Made by a program: the position numbers and the translations under genes
Shown here: positions 39,982-51,216 of the stretch, piece after piece
Layout of the letters: each line of letters begins with the position of its first letter
Position numbering within the stretch: the first letter of the stretch is position 1
The notes under the pieces: generated by a model
Database searches by the model: none
What the model was told of the DNA's origin: nothing
The model's input: the letters and a program-made list of their open reading frames with translations, nothing else
Source of the DNA: an uncultured Anaerolineaceae bacterium
GTDB lineage: Bacteria > Chloroflexota > Anaerolineae > Anaerolineales > E44-bin32
Length of the DNA: 52,365 nucleotides
Assembly (NCBI GenBank): GCA_964353875.1
Contig: CAYGXU010000004.1
Location: forward strand, 12,937 to 65,301
Direction: 5' to 3'

Positions 39982-40506
39982 ATGGACATCCTGCACTTGG
40001 TAGACCGGTTAGAAGAGCTCTTCAACCAGAGCCGTCCCATACCGTTCACTCGAAGTGTGATAGTCGATGAGGATCGTTTCCTGGAGATCGTCGATCAAAT
40101 GCGAGTCTCGATTCCTGCTGAAGTCAAACGGGCACAGCAACTTGAAGCTCAACGTGACCGTATACTGGCTCAGGCGCAGGAGGAAGCCAATCGCACGATT
40201 GCCCTCGCCAAACAAAGAAGCGAGGATTTTGTCAATCGAGATGCAATCGTCAAAGCTGGACAGGCACGGGCAGAACAGATTATCCAACAAGCGAGGATCG
40301 ATGCGGATGCTACCCGACGCGATGCCGATGACTATGTGGTTGAAGCATTGGGAAACATCGAATCGGAGCTGATCCGACTACTTAACCAAGCCCGTAACGG
40401 GATCGCTAAATTGACTGCCGATCGTCATGCAGCATTGAATCGGGAACATGAAACAGACTTGATGGAAGAAGCACCCGATCCAATGGCGACACCTCCATCG
40501 ACCTGA
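39982..40506 (+). CDS. Coiled-coil protein resembling the SepIVA/DivIVA-like family found after coaD
   Basis: LVDRLEELF...IPFT...VD.DRFLEIVDQMR..IP.EV..A, then an Ala/Gln/Glu-rich coiled coil and ADDYV; GGAGG SD. Confidence 0.75.
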   Translation: MDILHLVDRLEELFNQSRPIPFTRSVIVDEDRFLEIVDQMRVSIPAEVKRAQQLEAQRDRILAQAQEEANRTIALAKQRSEDFVNRDAIVKAGQARAEQIIQQARIDADATRRDADDYVVEALGNIESELIRLLNQARNGIAKLTADRHAALNREHETDLMEEAPDPMATPPST

Positions 40507-40555
40507 TTTGCACTTTCCTCTTGCGAGACCAATACCCCTTTTGGCTCGTCCATAC

Positions 40556-42303
<1,748 letters not shown>

Positions 42304-42304
42304 A

Positions 42305-42691
42305 TCACCCTACAAGTTGTGTTAAATCCTCAGCCGCACGTCGCATTTCGAGGAAGACCAATCCCAATTTAGCTTGTTGACGGGCCATCACCGTAAGGAC
42401 TGCTTCACTCCCCACAGCAACCAACAGGACATACCCGCCACTCCCATGGATGTATACCTCATGTAATAATCCCCGGCCTAATTCGCCTGAGATCCGCTCG
42501 CCAAGGCTAAGCATCGCCGCCGACATGGCCGAAACACGATCTTCTTCGATGCTTGAGGGAAGTGAAGAGGCGATGATTAATCCATCGACACTCACCAAAG
42601 CGGAAGACTCCACATCCGGTGTGTTCCCCTGCAGAGCCTTTAATCGATCGATCATCAAGTCCGTACGGCTTTTTTCCATGCGCATTTTCAT
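42305..42691 (-). CDS. Roadblock/LC7 (MglB-like) domain protein
   Basis: ALVSVDGLIIAS, EDRVSAMSAAMLSLGERISGELGRG, AKLGLVFLEM. Confidence 0.9.
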   Translation of the reverse strand: MKMRMEKSRTDLMIDRLKALQGNTPDVESSALVSVDGLIIASSLPSSIEEDRVSAMSAAMLSLGERISGELGRGLLHEVYIHGSGGYVLLVAVGSEAVLTVMARQQAKLGLVFLEMRRAAEDLTQLVG

Positions 42692-42712
42692 GATCCTGAT
42701 ACGACTCCGCCC

Positions 42713-42741
42713 AGTCTACCATAGCCCAATAGGACCTGCAA
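42713..42741 (-). promoter_or_regulatory. Sigma70 promoter of the roadblock-pyrG unit
   Basis: TTGCAG-N17-TAGACT with extended TG. Confidence 0.55.
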
Positions 42742-43000
42742 GAAAGCCTGAATAACGGCTGCATTTCTGATCCATCATCCAATTTTCAAGAATATTAACC
42801 TGCTTTCTCAGTTCCTAGAGTTAATTTCCTTCTCAACGTAAGGGAATAACAATGAGAGACATCTAATACTTGAGAAAGGGATTCATTTGAAGAAGCAGGG
42901 ATATTCAGCGGATCATCCCGGCAATGTGAAAACATGGCGCTTTCATGAAGAAAACAAAGAAAGAGAAGCGGGCAGAAGGTCTTAAGAGCATCTTTAATTA

Positions 43001-43040
43001 TTGACAAATACTTGACTTAACATTGACATAATATTATTAT
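43001..43040 (+). promoter_or_regulatory. Promoter of the sigma gene with three 11-bp-phased TTGAC direct repeats
   Basis: TTGAC at 43001, 43012 and 43023; TTGACT (43012)-N17-TATTAT (43035-43040). Confidence 0.6.
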
Positions 43041-43151
43041 ATGGGCTGTTGGGATTCTTATTTTCTATATATAAAAATATGATATTTAAGGTGATATAGG
43101 GAATATTCTAAAATGGAAAGGGTTCATGGTGCGGGGGAAAGGAAGGTTAAG

Positions 43152-44384
43152 ATGAATAAACGAAATAATCACTCACGGCAACCACGTGGTTCGAAAAAAA
43201 GGGTGAAACGAATTGAAGCCTCACCTGAAAGGATTGAATTGACGGAAATCGTCCCGCTCGAGAGCCTGGTCGATCGGGCTCAGAGAGAAAATGAACAAGA
43301 AGCATATCATTTCCACAGCCCCTCCTATCCAAGGTCGACCGATATTGATATAGCTCAGCGTGTCTCTCATGAGGCTGATTGGGGCGATCCCTTCCCTGCG
43401 TCAGCTGAGGCAATGGATCCTGACGAAACTCAGGCGGAAACCGAAGTGGACAATCGAGCCATTGTGGAAGAAATCGACTCCAACGATCCGGTTTCCCTCT
43501 ATTTCCGAGAGATCAGCAAAATCCCCTTGCTCAGTCATGAAGAGGAGATCTCCCTGGCAAAGCGGATCGAAACCGGACGAGAGGCAAGCGCGATCCTTGC
43601 CCGGGGTATCGCCTCTGCAAAGCAGCGTTTGGAGTTGCTCCGATCAGTCGAGGACGGATGGGCGGCACGCGAGCATTTGATCACCGCTAATTTCCGCCTG
43701 GTGATCAGTGTGGCTAAGAAATACATCGGCCGAGGATTGCCCTTCCTGGACCTCATTCAAGACGGCAACATCGGTCTCATCCGGGCTACCAAAAAGTTCG
43801 AATACCGACGCGGTTACCGTTTCTCGACCTATGCCACCTGGTGGATACGGCAGGCGGTCTCACGCGCGGTTGCTGATCAAGGCCGTACGATTCGGCTCCC
43901 AGTTCATATGGGCGATCAAATCAACCGTTTACATCGAATATCACATCGGCTTATCCAGAAGCTCGGTCGTGAGCCAACCCCATCCGAATTGTCGAATGCC
44001 CTTGACATGCCAATGGAAAAGGTAGAGGAGCTTCTCTCGGTCGATCAACGCCCCCTCTCACTTGAATTCCCGGCCGATGAAGATGAGGACAACGACTTGT
44101 TCGACTACACACCGGACACCATCCAACCTGCACCAGCGGATATGGTGAATGAGAAGATTATGCAAGAGCATGTCCAGGCCGTGCTGAATACACTGCCGGC
44201 ACGTGAAGCACGAATCTTGCAGCTTCGATTTGGACTTGCTGACGGTAAAATCCATACTCTGAGCGAGGTGGGTAAAAAATTAGGGGTCACCCGTGAGCGC
44301 GTACGGCAAATCGAAGCTCAGGCATTTCGTCGCTTGCGTCAACCTAAATTGCGCCGACTGCTCCAAGATTACCTGAGCAACTAA
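43152..44384 (+). CDS. Group 1/2 sigma-70 factor (RpoD-like)
   Basis: DPVSLYFREI, ANFRLVISVAKKY, FSTYATWWIRQA, RTIRLPVHM, GVTRERVRQIE. Start 43152 (SD present) or 43113. Confidence 0.92.
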   Translation: MNKRNNHSRQPRGSKKRVKRIEASPERIELTEIVPLESLVDRAQRENEQEAYHFHSPSYPRSTDIDIAQRVSHEADWGDPFPASAEAMDPDETQAETEVDNRAIVEEIDSNDPVSLYFREISKIPLLSHEEEISLAKRIETGREASAILARGIASAKQRLELLRSVEDGWAAREHLITANFRLVISVAKKYIGRGLPFLDLIQDGNIGLIRATKKFEYRRGYRFSTYATWWIRQAVSRAVADQGRTIRLPVHMGDQINRLHRISHRLIQKLGREPTPSELSNALDMPMEKVEELLSVDQRPLSLEFPADEDEDNDLFDYTPDTIQPAPADMVNEKIMQEHVQAVLNTLPAREARILQLRFGLADGKIHTLSEVGKKLGVTRERVRQIEAQAFRRLRQPKLRRLLQDYLSN

Positions 44385-44418
44385 AAGTCGAGCTGCAGAC
44401 AAGGCGGATTAATATAAC

Positions 44419-44455
44419 GAGCTCTGCCGAGGATTCGCGGCAGAGCTCTTCTGTT
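44419..44455. terminator. Hairpin terminator between the convergent sigma and mltG genes
   Basis: GAGCTCTGCCG-N8-CGGCAGAGCTC followed by TTCTGTT. Confidence 0.7.
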
Positions 44456-44516
44456 CGATCCATCCTAGCGGGTGATGTCTTCTTTTGTTCTTCTGGCAAC
44501 ATTCCTAAGCGGCAAT

Positions 44517-45653
44517 TCATTCGCACGCATTCGCCTCGTGCTCCTCGAAGGTCACTGCAAACGCATGACCACCTGACCCATCGCACTTGGCTCGGAAATA
44601 CAAATAAGGCGTATCCTCCGGAAAAGCAATCGCATGCAACGAAGCCAATCCTGGATTTGCGATTGGTCCCGGAGGGATTCCGGCCTGAAGATAGGTGTTA
44701 TAAGGAGAATCGAAATCCAGATCCAGCAGTGAAAGCGGCGCTTTCCACCAACTACCATCTGGTTGCTGTCCTAAAGCATATTGTACAGTGGGATCTGCTT
44801 CCAGCTTCATCCCAAGCGTCAGACGATTGAAAAAAACCGAACCGATGATGGGTCGCTCCTCGGGAAGGATTGCCTCCCTCTCCACGATCGAAGCCAGTGT
44901 CACAGCCTGATGCAAGGTAAGACCTTGTTGTTGAATCCCATTACGCAGATCATCGTTGAAACGTTGAAGGAAATTATCCAGCATAGCATTCACCAGATCG
45001 TCTGCTGTCAAGTCGGGGGGTAGAGAATAGGTATCAGGGAAGAGATATCCTTCCATGGTAGCATCGAAGGGAAGAGCACCTGGTTGGGGGTCCTGTTGCG
45101 ACCATTGTTGTGTCCTTCGCAAAAACGCATCGGCAATCGTCTCATAATCAGATTTCCGCAACGCCTCTACAATCTGTTCCCGTCGCCATCCCTCCACTAT
45201 GGTAAACGAAAATACTTTTGCTTGTGCTTTCTGGAGTATCGCTGCGATTTCACGAATGGTCATGCCGCCATCCAGGATGTATTGACCAGCATCGATTCCG
45301 GTGTCTAACCCTCGATATCTTAGATAATTTGTAAGTAAAGCACCATTGGGGAGCAGTCCCATGGAATGTAATTGGGAGGCCACTTGAACTGCGGTCGCCC
45401 CTTGTGCCACCTCCAACTCATAGACCATAGAAGAGTCCCCCACAGGCGTATCAAGCGCATTGAGATGAATGATCAAGTATCCCGCAAGGAGGTTTCGCTG
45501 AACCGGATCCAATGAGGGTGAGGCTGGGCCGAGTTCAACTGCCATGATCGGAAAACCCCAAAGCAAGATACCTGTTGCGAAAAGGGCGCAGAAACCTCCG
45601 AGAAACAAAATCAAGGCAGCAATCTTGCAGCCGCCACTACGTTTGTTGCGCAT
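44517..45653 (-). CDS. mltG: Endolytic transglycosylase MltG (YceG family)
   Basis: N-terminal TM; EGYLFPDTY, ASIVERE, ADPTVQY, SPYNTY..GIPPGPIANPG; AGGAG SD before ATG 45653. Confidence 0.94.
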   Translation of the reverse strand: MRNKRSGGCKIAALILFLGGFCALFATGILLWGFPIMAVELGPASPSLDPVQRNLLAGYLIIHLNALDTPVGDSSMVYELEVAQGATAVQVASQLHSMGLLPNGALLTNYLRYRGLDTGIDAGQYILDGGMTIREIAAILQKAQAKVFSFTIVEGWRREQIVEALRKSDYETIADAFLRRTQQWSQQDPQPGALPFDATMEGYLFPDTYSLPPDLTADDLVNAMLDNFLQRFNDDLRNGIQQQGLTLHQAVTLASIVEREAILPEERPIIGSVFFNRLTLGMKLEADPTVQYALGQQPDGSWWKAPLSLLDLDFDSPYNTYLQAGIPPGPIANPGLASLHAIAFPEDTPYLYFRAKCDGSGGHAFAVTFEEHEANACE

Positions 45654-46029
45654 CGAGATACTCCTGTAGGATGAATGCCGCCGCGCGAGCATCAAGCAGG
45701 CTGGTTTTTTTTCTATCCCCCCCTGCACGCAGCGATGAGTTGCTCTCATCCCATGTTTTTATGGGAATGGACGTTCTCTCGTATAGACTCGCTACCAGAC
45801 GCATAGATTTTCGTGCCTGGGGTCCCACCTTGCCCTCAAAATCGTAAGCCACGCCAACGACGATGCACTCAACATCGAGCGATTGCGCTTCCCTCAGGAT
45901 CGCCTCTGTGGCCGTTGCGCGTGACTGGTATTCGATCACCTTAAGCGGGCGGGCAATTGTTCCGCTTGGATCGCTCACTGCCAAACCGATGCGCACCTCG
46001 CCAGGGTCAACCGCCATTATCCTCCCCAT
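45637..46029 (-). CDS. ruvX: YqgF / RuvX family nuclease
   Basis: MAVDPGEVRIGLAVSD, WDE, LDARAAAFILQEYL. Confidence 0.93.
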   Translation of the reverse strand: MGRIMAVDPGEVRIGLAVSDPSGTIARPLKVIEYQSRATATEAILREAQSLDVECIVVGVAYDFEGKVGPQARKSMRLVASLYERTSIPIKTWDESNSSLRAGGDRKKTSLLDARAAAFILQEYLDAQQT

Positions 46030-47537
46030 GCTGGGTACTCCCAATCCAAATAAATCTCGATTTGCCCGCGTATCCATGGCAATACTGGAAACCACTCAGG
46101 TCTCAGGTTAACGATAGCTGGCCGAGCCAAGTTGAGTGTGTTATCCAGCCATTCTTCCACGTCGTTCGGCGATTGCCCCAAGCTCTGTTGTCTAAGATCA
46201 TTCAAATCCATCCAAGCATACGTTCCCCTCTCGATCAACAAAGATAGTTGCGATTCACTCAAACCGTTTGCAGGTTCCAACTTGGCTTTGCGAACAAGAA
46301 ATGATTCGGGGATCAATGCTTGCCCATCAGGAAGTTCATGGATAACATCATCTCCTACTGCATCCCATAAATACTCCTGGCGGATGGCAATTCCTTCGAT
46401 TTCCACATCAAACACCAACATCACCTCATCGGTGATCTCCCCTGCATGATGATCAAAAAATCGTCCCAAAATCCGGTTTACTCGTAGGCTTTCCTCAACA
46501 AAGACGCGATCCTCCCCAATCTGGCTCCGGTAGTACTCCTCAGCCTCCAGCAACAGGCGTTCAAGGAGAGTCTCTTCGAGTCTATCAAGATCATATTGGG
46601 TAACACTTGGAGAGAGGGTATCTTCGCCCCCTGAAGTGCGTTGGGGATTGTTCACAGAAACTACTAGACCCAATGTCCCATCCACACGAGTGATCGACTC
46701 TTCAGGGATATTGCCCCCACTTCCCAAGTCCATTGCCTCGATAGGAACTCTCACTTGGGCTCCTATCTCCGCCGGAAGACTTTCATCGCGGGTTGTTTGA
46801 AAAGCCTTACCTTTATCTGTTCGAAGGATTGTTCCTTTGGGAATATCCAAAGCCTGCAACGAATGGCTGGTAAAAACCACCCACCCTTCAGCAGAGGAAA
46901 TTGGTACAGAAATCCTTCCGGTTGTGGGTCGAGTATCACTTCCGCTTACCTGAAAGTAAATTTTCTCGGTCAATACCTGTCCGGAGGTTGAAATCCCTTC
47001 CCTATCTAATTCGAAAGGAATAGTCATTTCAATTTGGTCACTCATCTGTTGCGGTGCGAGGATGATTTCTGCGGTGGGATAAAACGCTGCAATAACAAAT
47101 ACAAAAAGGAAGATGATGAGCACCAGGAAAGGGATCCTATTCCTTTCAAAGAAACTGAGCGCTTTTGTAGAGATCGGCTTCCTATCCCTCCATTCTCCCC
47201 GCGAGGCGTGGATGGCTTCTCCGAGTTCCTTGAGGTCTGATAAATGTGATTGCAGAGGCTGCCAGCGTTCTTCTGGCAATATTTCCAAAGATTCAAAAAG
47301 CGGTATACCTAAATCATGAGCATCCTTACGCACATCGGGATCAAAAGTTAGAAGTCCGATTTGCATTTGACGTTGGGATGCATAACGTTTCAAGAGCACT
47401 AAATCCAATCTCCGTGTCAGCACTCTTCCCCGATCTGGCCAGACCAGCAGTGTGCGCGGTGCTTTAACCCAACCGAGCATATCGCGGGTCGAAAAGAAGT
47501 CATCTTCCGGATTTAAGTAGATGATTTGGACTTTCAC
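46017..47537 (-). CDS. Membrane-anchored baseplate J/gp47-like protein
   Basis: Soluble N-terminal domain, one TM (IPFLVLIIFLFVFVIAAF), then A.G.V.F...IPKGTIL...FQT...V.IEA...G..GNI...V.N....SGGED, which resembles baseplate-J motifs. Confidence 0.72.
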   Translation of the reverse strand: MKVQIIYLNPEDDFFSTRDMLGWVKAPRTLLVWPDRGRVLTRRLDLVLLKRYASQRQMQIGLLTFDPDVRKDAHDLGIPLFESLEILPEERWQPLQSHLSDLKELGEAIHASRGEWRDRKPISTKALSFFERNRIPFLVLIIFLFVFVIAAFYPTAEIILAPQQMSDQIEMTIPFELDREGISTSGQVLTEKIYFQVSGSDTRPTTGRISVPISSAEGWVVFTSHSLQALDIPKGTILRTDKGKAFQTTRDESLPAEIGAQVRVPIEAMDLGSGGNIPEESITRVDGTLGLVVSVNNPQRTSGGEDTLSPSVTQYDLDRLEETLLERLLLEAEEYYRSQIGEDRVFVEESLRVNRILGRFFDHHAGEITDEVMLVFDVEIEGIAIRQEYLWDAVGDDVIHELPDGQALIPESFLVRKAKLEPANGLSESQLSLLIERGTYAWMDLNDLRQQSLGQSPNDVEEWLDNTLNLARPAIVNLRPEWFPVLPWIRGQIEIYLDWEYPAWGG

Positions 47538-47565
47538 GAAATAATTGAACGACCCTTTCGATGCA

Positions 47566-50334
47566 TCAGGTTAAACGATTACGGACCCACGCTTCCACCC
47601 GAGCCAGCCCCTCAGGCAATTTTTTGGCCTGTCCGCCGCCTGCTTGAGCCAATGTGGGTCGACCACCTCCGCTGCCTCCAACGCTTTCAGCAACTGTCTT
47701 AACCAAATCGGAAGCATCCAGACCCCGTTCGACCAAATCCTGAGTTATACATGCCACGACTAATGCTCGTCCTGCATGAACAGAGCCCAATACCGCAATC
47801 CCTGAAGGATATTCATTTCGGAAAAGGTCCGTCAATTGACGGAGTGTTTCCATATTTACACCTGGGATCATCCCTCGTAATACAGTGACAGCTTCGATTT
47901 GCTCCGGCGCTAAAGCGCGGTAATCGGCCAAAGCCAATTGATACTTCAGCTCGTCGAATTCTTTCTGGAGCCGATTTTGTCCCTCTATCAAGGACGCAAT
48001 CCGCTCCTCCAAGGCATCCTCTGAAGTGTCCAATTGCCGTGAAAGACGACTAAGAATAGCGCGTTGGCGATTGATCAATTCGACCGCCGCTCTCCCGGTA
48101 AGCGCTTCGATACGTCGAATCCCGGCAGCGACACTACCTTCGCTCAAAATTATAAAAGGGCCGATTATCCCAGTTCGTTGCACATGTGTGCCGCCACACA
48201 GCTCGAAAGAGAGACGATCATCCTCTCCGATCTTGATTGTACGCACGACCTCGCCGTATGTCTCGCCAAAGAGCGCCATTGCCCCTCCATGGATGGCTTC
48301 CTCCTGACGCATATACTCGATGTCTAATTCATAATTTGTCAAAATAGCTTCGCCCACATATCGTTCCACTTCTTCAATTTGCTCTTTGGTCATCGCCTTC
48401 GAATGCGTGAAGTCAAAACGCAGGCGATCCGCAGCAACCAGTGATCCCGCCTGACGTGCATGCCCTCCAAGGACCTTCTGCAGTGCTGCATGAAGCAAAT
48501 GGGTTGCCGTATGGTTGCGCATGATATCCTGTCGCCTGGAGCGATCGATCTCAACCACACTCCCATCCCCCACTCGCGGCTTTCCAATTTTCACAGTACC
48601 CATGTGGAGAATTAGCCCATCAATTGGCTGAGAAACATTTGTAATCTCAATCACCCATTCCTGTCCATCGAGAGAGCGGATCAGACCCATATCAGAGACT
48701 TGCCCGCCTGATTCAATGTAGAAATTTGTTGCCGGAACGACGACTTCAATTTGATCGCCTGGAAGCGCCTGCTCGATCAACTCTCCCGCTCGAACCAAGA
48801 CAAGCAATTGGCCAGAAAGCTTGCCTTCCTTATATGGATCGTACGTTACACCTGAGGCACTTAAATCCCCTTTTCTCCTCAGATCGAGGAAAATTTTCTG
48901 ATAAAGATCGGCTTTGGCAGGGGCCATGCTCTCTTGGATCTTACCTGCGCCTGATGCGAAGCGATGGGCTTCCATCGCATGATTGAAACTCTCAACCTCA
49001 ACCTCAAGATTTTTCTCACGCGCAACGTCCCTGGATATCTCCAGGGGCAGACCATAGGTAGCGTAGAGATCAAAGGCTTCCTCTCCCGGCAGGAACGACC
49101 CTCCACCAGATTGAATTCGCGCAAGTTGTTGTTCCAGCCGAGCTAAGCCCTGATCAATCGTGCGATGGAACCTTTCCTCCTCCTCCTTGATGGTTTGGAG
49201 GATCGCGTTTCGATTGCGGGATAACTCCTGGTAGAAATCGCCGTATTGCTCAACCACCAAGTCCGCAATTCGCGCAAGAAATGGCTGATCAAAGCCCAGT
49301 TCGCTGCCAAACCGGCTTGCCCTTCGGATCACCATCCTGCATACATAGTTCCTGCCGATATTCCCGGGAACCACCCCATCAGCAATCAAGAAGGCTGCCG
49401 CGCGACTATGATCGGCGATGACTCGATAGGGAGTGATCCAATTCGATCGCTCTTGCTGACTGTGCCCGGTGAGGGATTGAATCTGATCCAGCATAGGCGC
49501 AAATAAATCGGTCTTATAGTTCGAATCGACATTCTGCAGAACCGACACAATTCGTTCAAATCCCATCCCGGTATCGACATGTTTCTCAGGGAGTGGATGC
49601 AATTCCGCGGGACTCAACCGGTTGTATTGGATGAAAACGAGATTCCACAATTCCAGAAAACGACTACAATCTCCGTTTACTCGGCAGACATGCCCGGTCA
49701 CCCCTTTCTTCTTGCAATACGCTTCACCCAGATCAAAATGAATCTCTGAATCAGGACCACAGGGACCTATTTCAGCCATCTCCCAAAAATTTTGCTCTCT
49801 GCCGAAGAAAAGAATCTGATCGGAGTTAAAACCCGGTTGCTGTGCCCATATTTCTGCTGCCTCATCATCACGCGGGATCTCTCGGCGCTGATCCTCGAAG
49901 ACGGTCGCCCAGAGTCGATCTTTGGGAAGCCCCCAGACGCCAGTTAGGAGCTCCCATGCCCATTGTATTGTCTCTCGCTTATAGTAATCCCCAAAGGACC
50001 AATTCCCCAACATCTCAAAGAAAGTATGGTGACTGTCATCGCGTCCCACATCATCCAAATCATTGTGTTTCCCAGCCACACGCATGCACTTCTGCGCATC
50101 GACAGCACGCTTGTAAGGACGTCTTCCTGTTCCCAAGAACATATCCTTGAACTGAACCATACCCGCATTGGTGAAAAGGAGGGTAGGATCATCCCCAGGA
50201 ACCAGGGAGGATGAGGGGACGATTTTATGCTCACGCTCAGCAAAGAAATCCAGAAAGGTCTGACGTACCTTTTTTGAAGGCCAGTTTGAAGCCGAAAACG
50301 ACCGAGTGGATGGCATCTTCCCTCCTTGGCTCAT
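47566..50334 (-). CDS. alaS: Alanine--tRNA ligase
   Basis: LLFTNAGMVQFK, HHTFFEMLGNWSFGDY, DTGMGFER, NHTATHLLH, ELCGGTH, GGGRPTLAQAGG. Alternative start 50316. Confidence 0.98.
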   Translation of the reverse strand: MSQGGKMPSTRSFSASNWPSKKVRQTFLDFFAEREHKIVPSSSLVPGDDPTLLFTNAGMVQFKDMFLGTGRRPYKRAVDAQKCMRVAGKHNDLDDVGRDDSHHTFFEMLGNWSFGDYYKRETIQWAWELLTGVWGLPKDRLWATVFEDQRREIPRDDEAAEIWAQQPGFNSDQILFFGREQNFWEMAEIGPCGPDSEIHFDLGEAYCKKKGVTGHVCRVNGDCSRFLELWNLVFIQYNRLSPAELHPLPEKHVDTGMGFERIVSVLQNVDSNYKTDLFAPMLDQIQSLTGHSQQERSNWITPYRVIADHSRAAAFLIADGVVPGNIGRNYVCRMVIRRASRFGSELGFDQPFLARIADLVVEQYGDFYQELSRNRNAILQTIKEEEERFHRTIDQGLARLEQQLARIQSGGGSFLPGEEAFDLYATYGLPLEISRDVAREKNLEVEVESFNHAMEAHRFASGAGKIQESMAPAKADLYQKIFLDLRRKGDLSASGVTYDPYKEGKLSGQLLVLVRAGELIEQALPGDQIEVVVPATNFYIESGGQVSDMGLIRSLDGQEWVIEITNVSQPIDGLILHMGTVKIGKPRVGDGSVVEIDRSRRQDIMRNHTATHLLHAALQKVLGGHARQAGSLVAADRLRFDFTHSKAMTKEQIEEVERYVGEAILTNYELDIEYMRQEEAIHGGAMALFGETYGEVVRTIKIGEDDRLSFELCGGTHVQRTGIIGPFIILSEGSVAAGIRRIEALTGRAAVELINRQRAILSRLSRQLDTSEDALEERIASLIEGQNRLQKEFDELKYQLALADYRALAPEQIEAVTVLRGMIPGVNMETLRQLTDLFRNEYPSGIAVLGSVHAGRALVVACITQDLVERGLDASDLVKTVAESVGGSGGGRPTLAQAGGGQAKKLPEGLARVEAWVRNRLT

Positions 50335-50341
50335 TTAGGCG

Positions 50342-50370
50342 ATTATAAGCGATGAAATAGACCGCTTCAA
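50342..50370 (-). promoter_or_regulatory. Sigma70 promoter of alaS
   Basis: TTGAAG-N17-TATAAT; ATG 50334 follows after 7 nt. Confidence 0.7.
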
Positions 50371-50419
50371 CCTCCACTAAATACACTCTCCGCCCTTGCT
50401 CAAGGTATAATCCATTCCA

Positions 50420-50968
50420 ATGCGAGAACCTCCTTCTTTCCTTTCGGCTCCATTAGAATTGGGGGGCGAAGAGAGCTTCCAACCGTCGAAGTTACCGCTG
50501 CGGGGCGCGATCTTCGCGTGGGGATCTTCAGGGCTGCTTGCAGTGGCCATCGTGCTCCAGATTTGGCGTACCGGGCAATCTCATTGTGTGACAATTGCCC
50601 TCTTCGTTTTTTTCTTCTTTGCCGCCCTGCTTATTATCTTCAGTCGATGGGTCGATTCCCGGACCCAAATCACCGTTAATCTCACTTCTATCTCCTATCG
50701 TAGCCCATTCCGCGTTGTAAGCCTTAATTGGGATGAAATTTTAGAAATTCGCTCGATCCAGGCCGGTCATGGCTGGCGCGTAGCGGTCCAAAGTAATGAA
50801 TCCCCTTTTTCCTTCCGCGTACCCGCGAGTCCCCAGCCGAATTCTTCCGCTGCGAGCATCCTTGCGTTGCCCCGCGGGACATATCTGACACAAATCATCT
50901 GTGGGATGGCTCGCCTCACCGAACCGGAATATCAAGATCAGGAATGGGTTTGTCATCGACCAAGATAA
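50420..50968 (+). CDS. Hypothetical membrane protein (2 TM helices plus a bacterial PH-like domain)
   Basis: Two hydrophobic segments, then ISYRSPFR...LNWDEI.EI; TATAAT at 50406-50411. Confidence 0.65.
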   Translation: MREPPSFLSAPLELGGEESFQPSKLPLRGAIFAWGSSGLLAVAIVLQIWRTGQSHCVTIALFVFFFFAALLIIFSRWVDSRTQITVNLTSISYRSPFRVVSLNWDEILEIRSIQAGHGWRVAVQSNESPFSFRVPASPQPNSSAASILALPRGTYLTQIICGMARLTEPEYQDQEWVCHRPR

Positions 50969-51216
50969 GATCACTCATGCGACATGATTCTGATTTTATC
51001 TGCCAGACATCTCATGATATGATTGAATCATGCTTGAACGATTATTATCGCGCAAGGCGCGTCGCCATATCTACTCCCGGGGCGGTTTCCGCCCTCTGAA
51101 TTAATTGCGTCACGTTCAAGCTTACCCTAATCCAAATTCAATTATAGTAAAATGCAAGATTGCAGGGCGCGTATCTCACGCCAGTTTTGATCTTTCATAA
51201 TCCAGGAGTGGAAGTC

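Noticed and set aside
46017-47537. Prophage or eCIS/T6SS locus
   Set aside because: No sheath, tube, spike, terminase or integrase genes; flanked by housekeeping genes.
50335-51216. T-box riboswitches for alaS or tyrS
   Set aside because: No AAGGTGGnACC-like T-box motif or associated terminator; the alaS promoter abuts its start.
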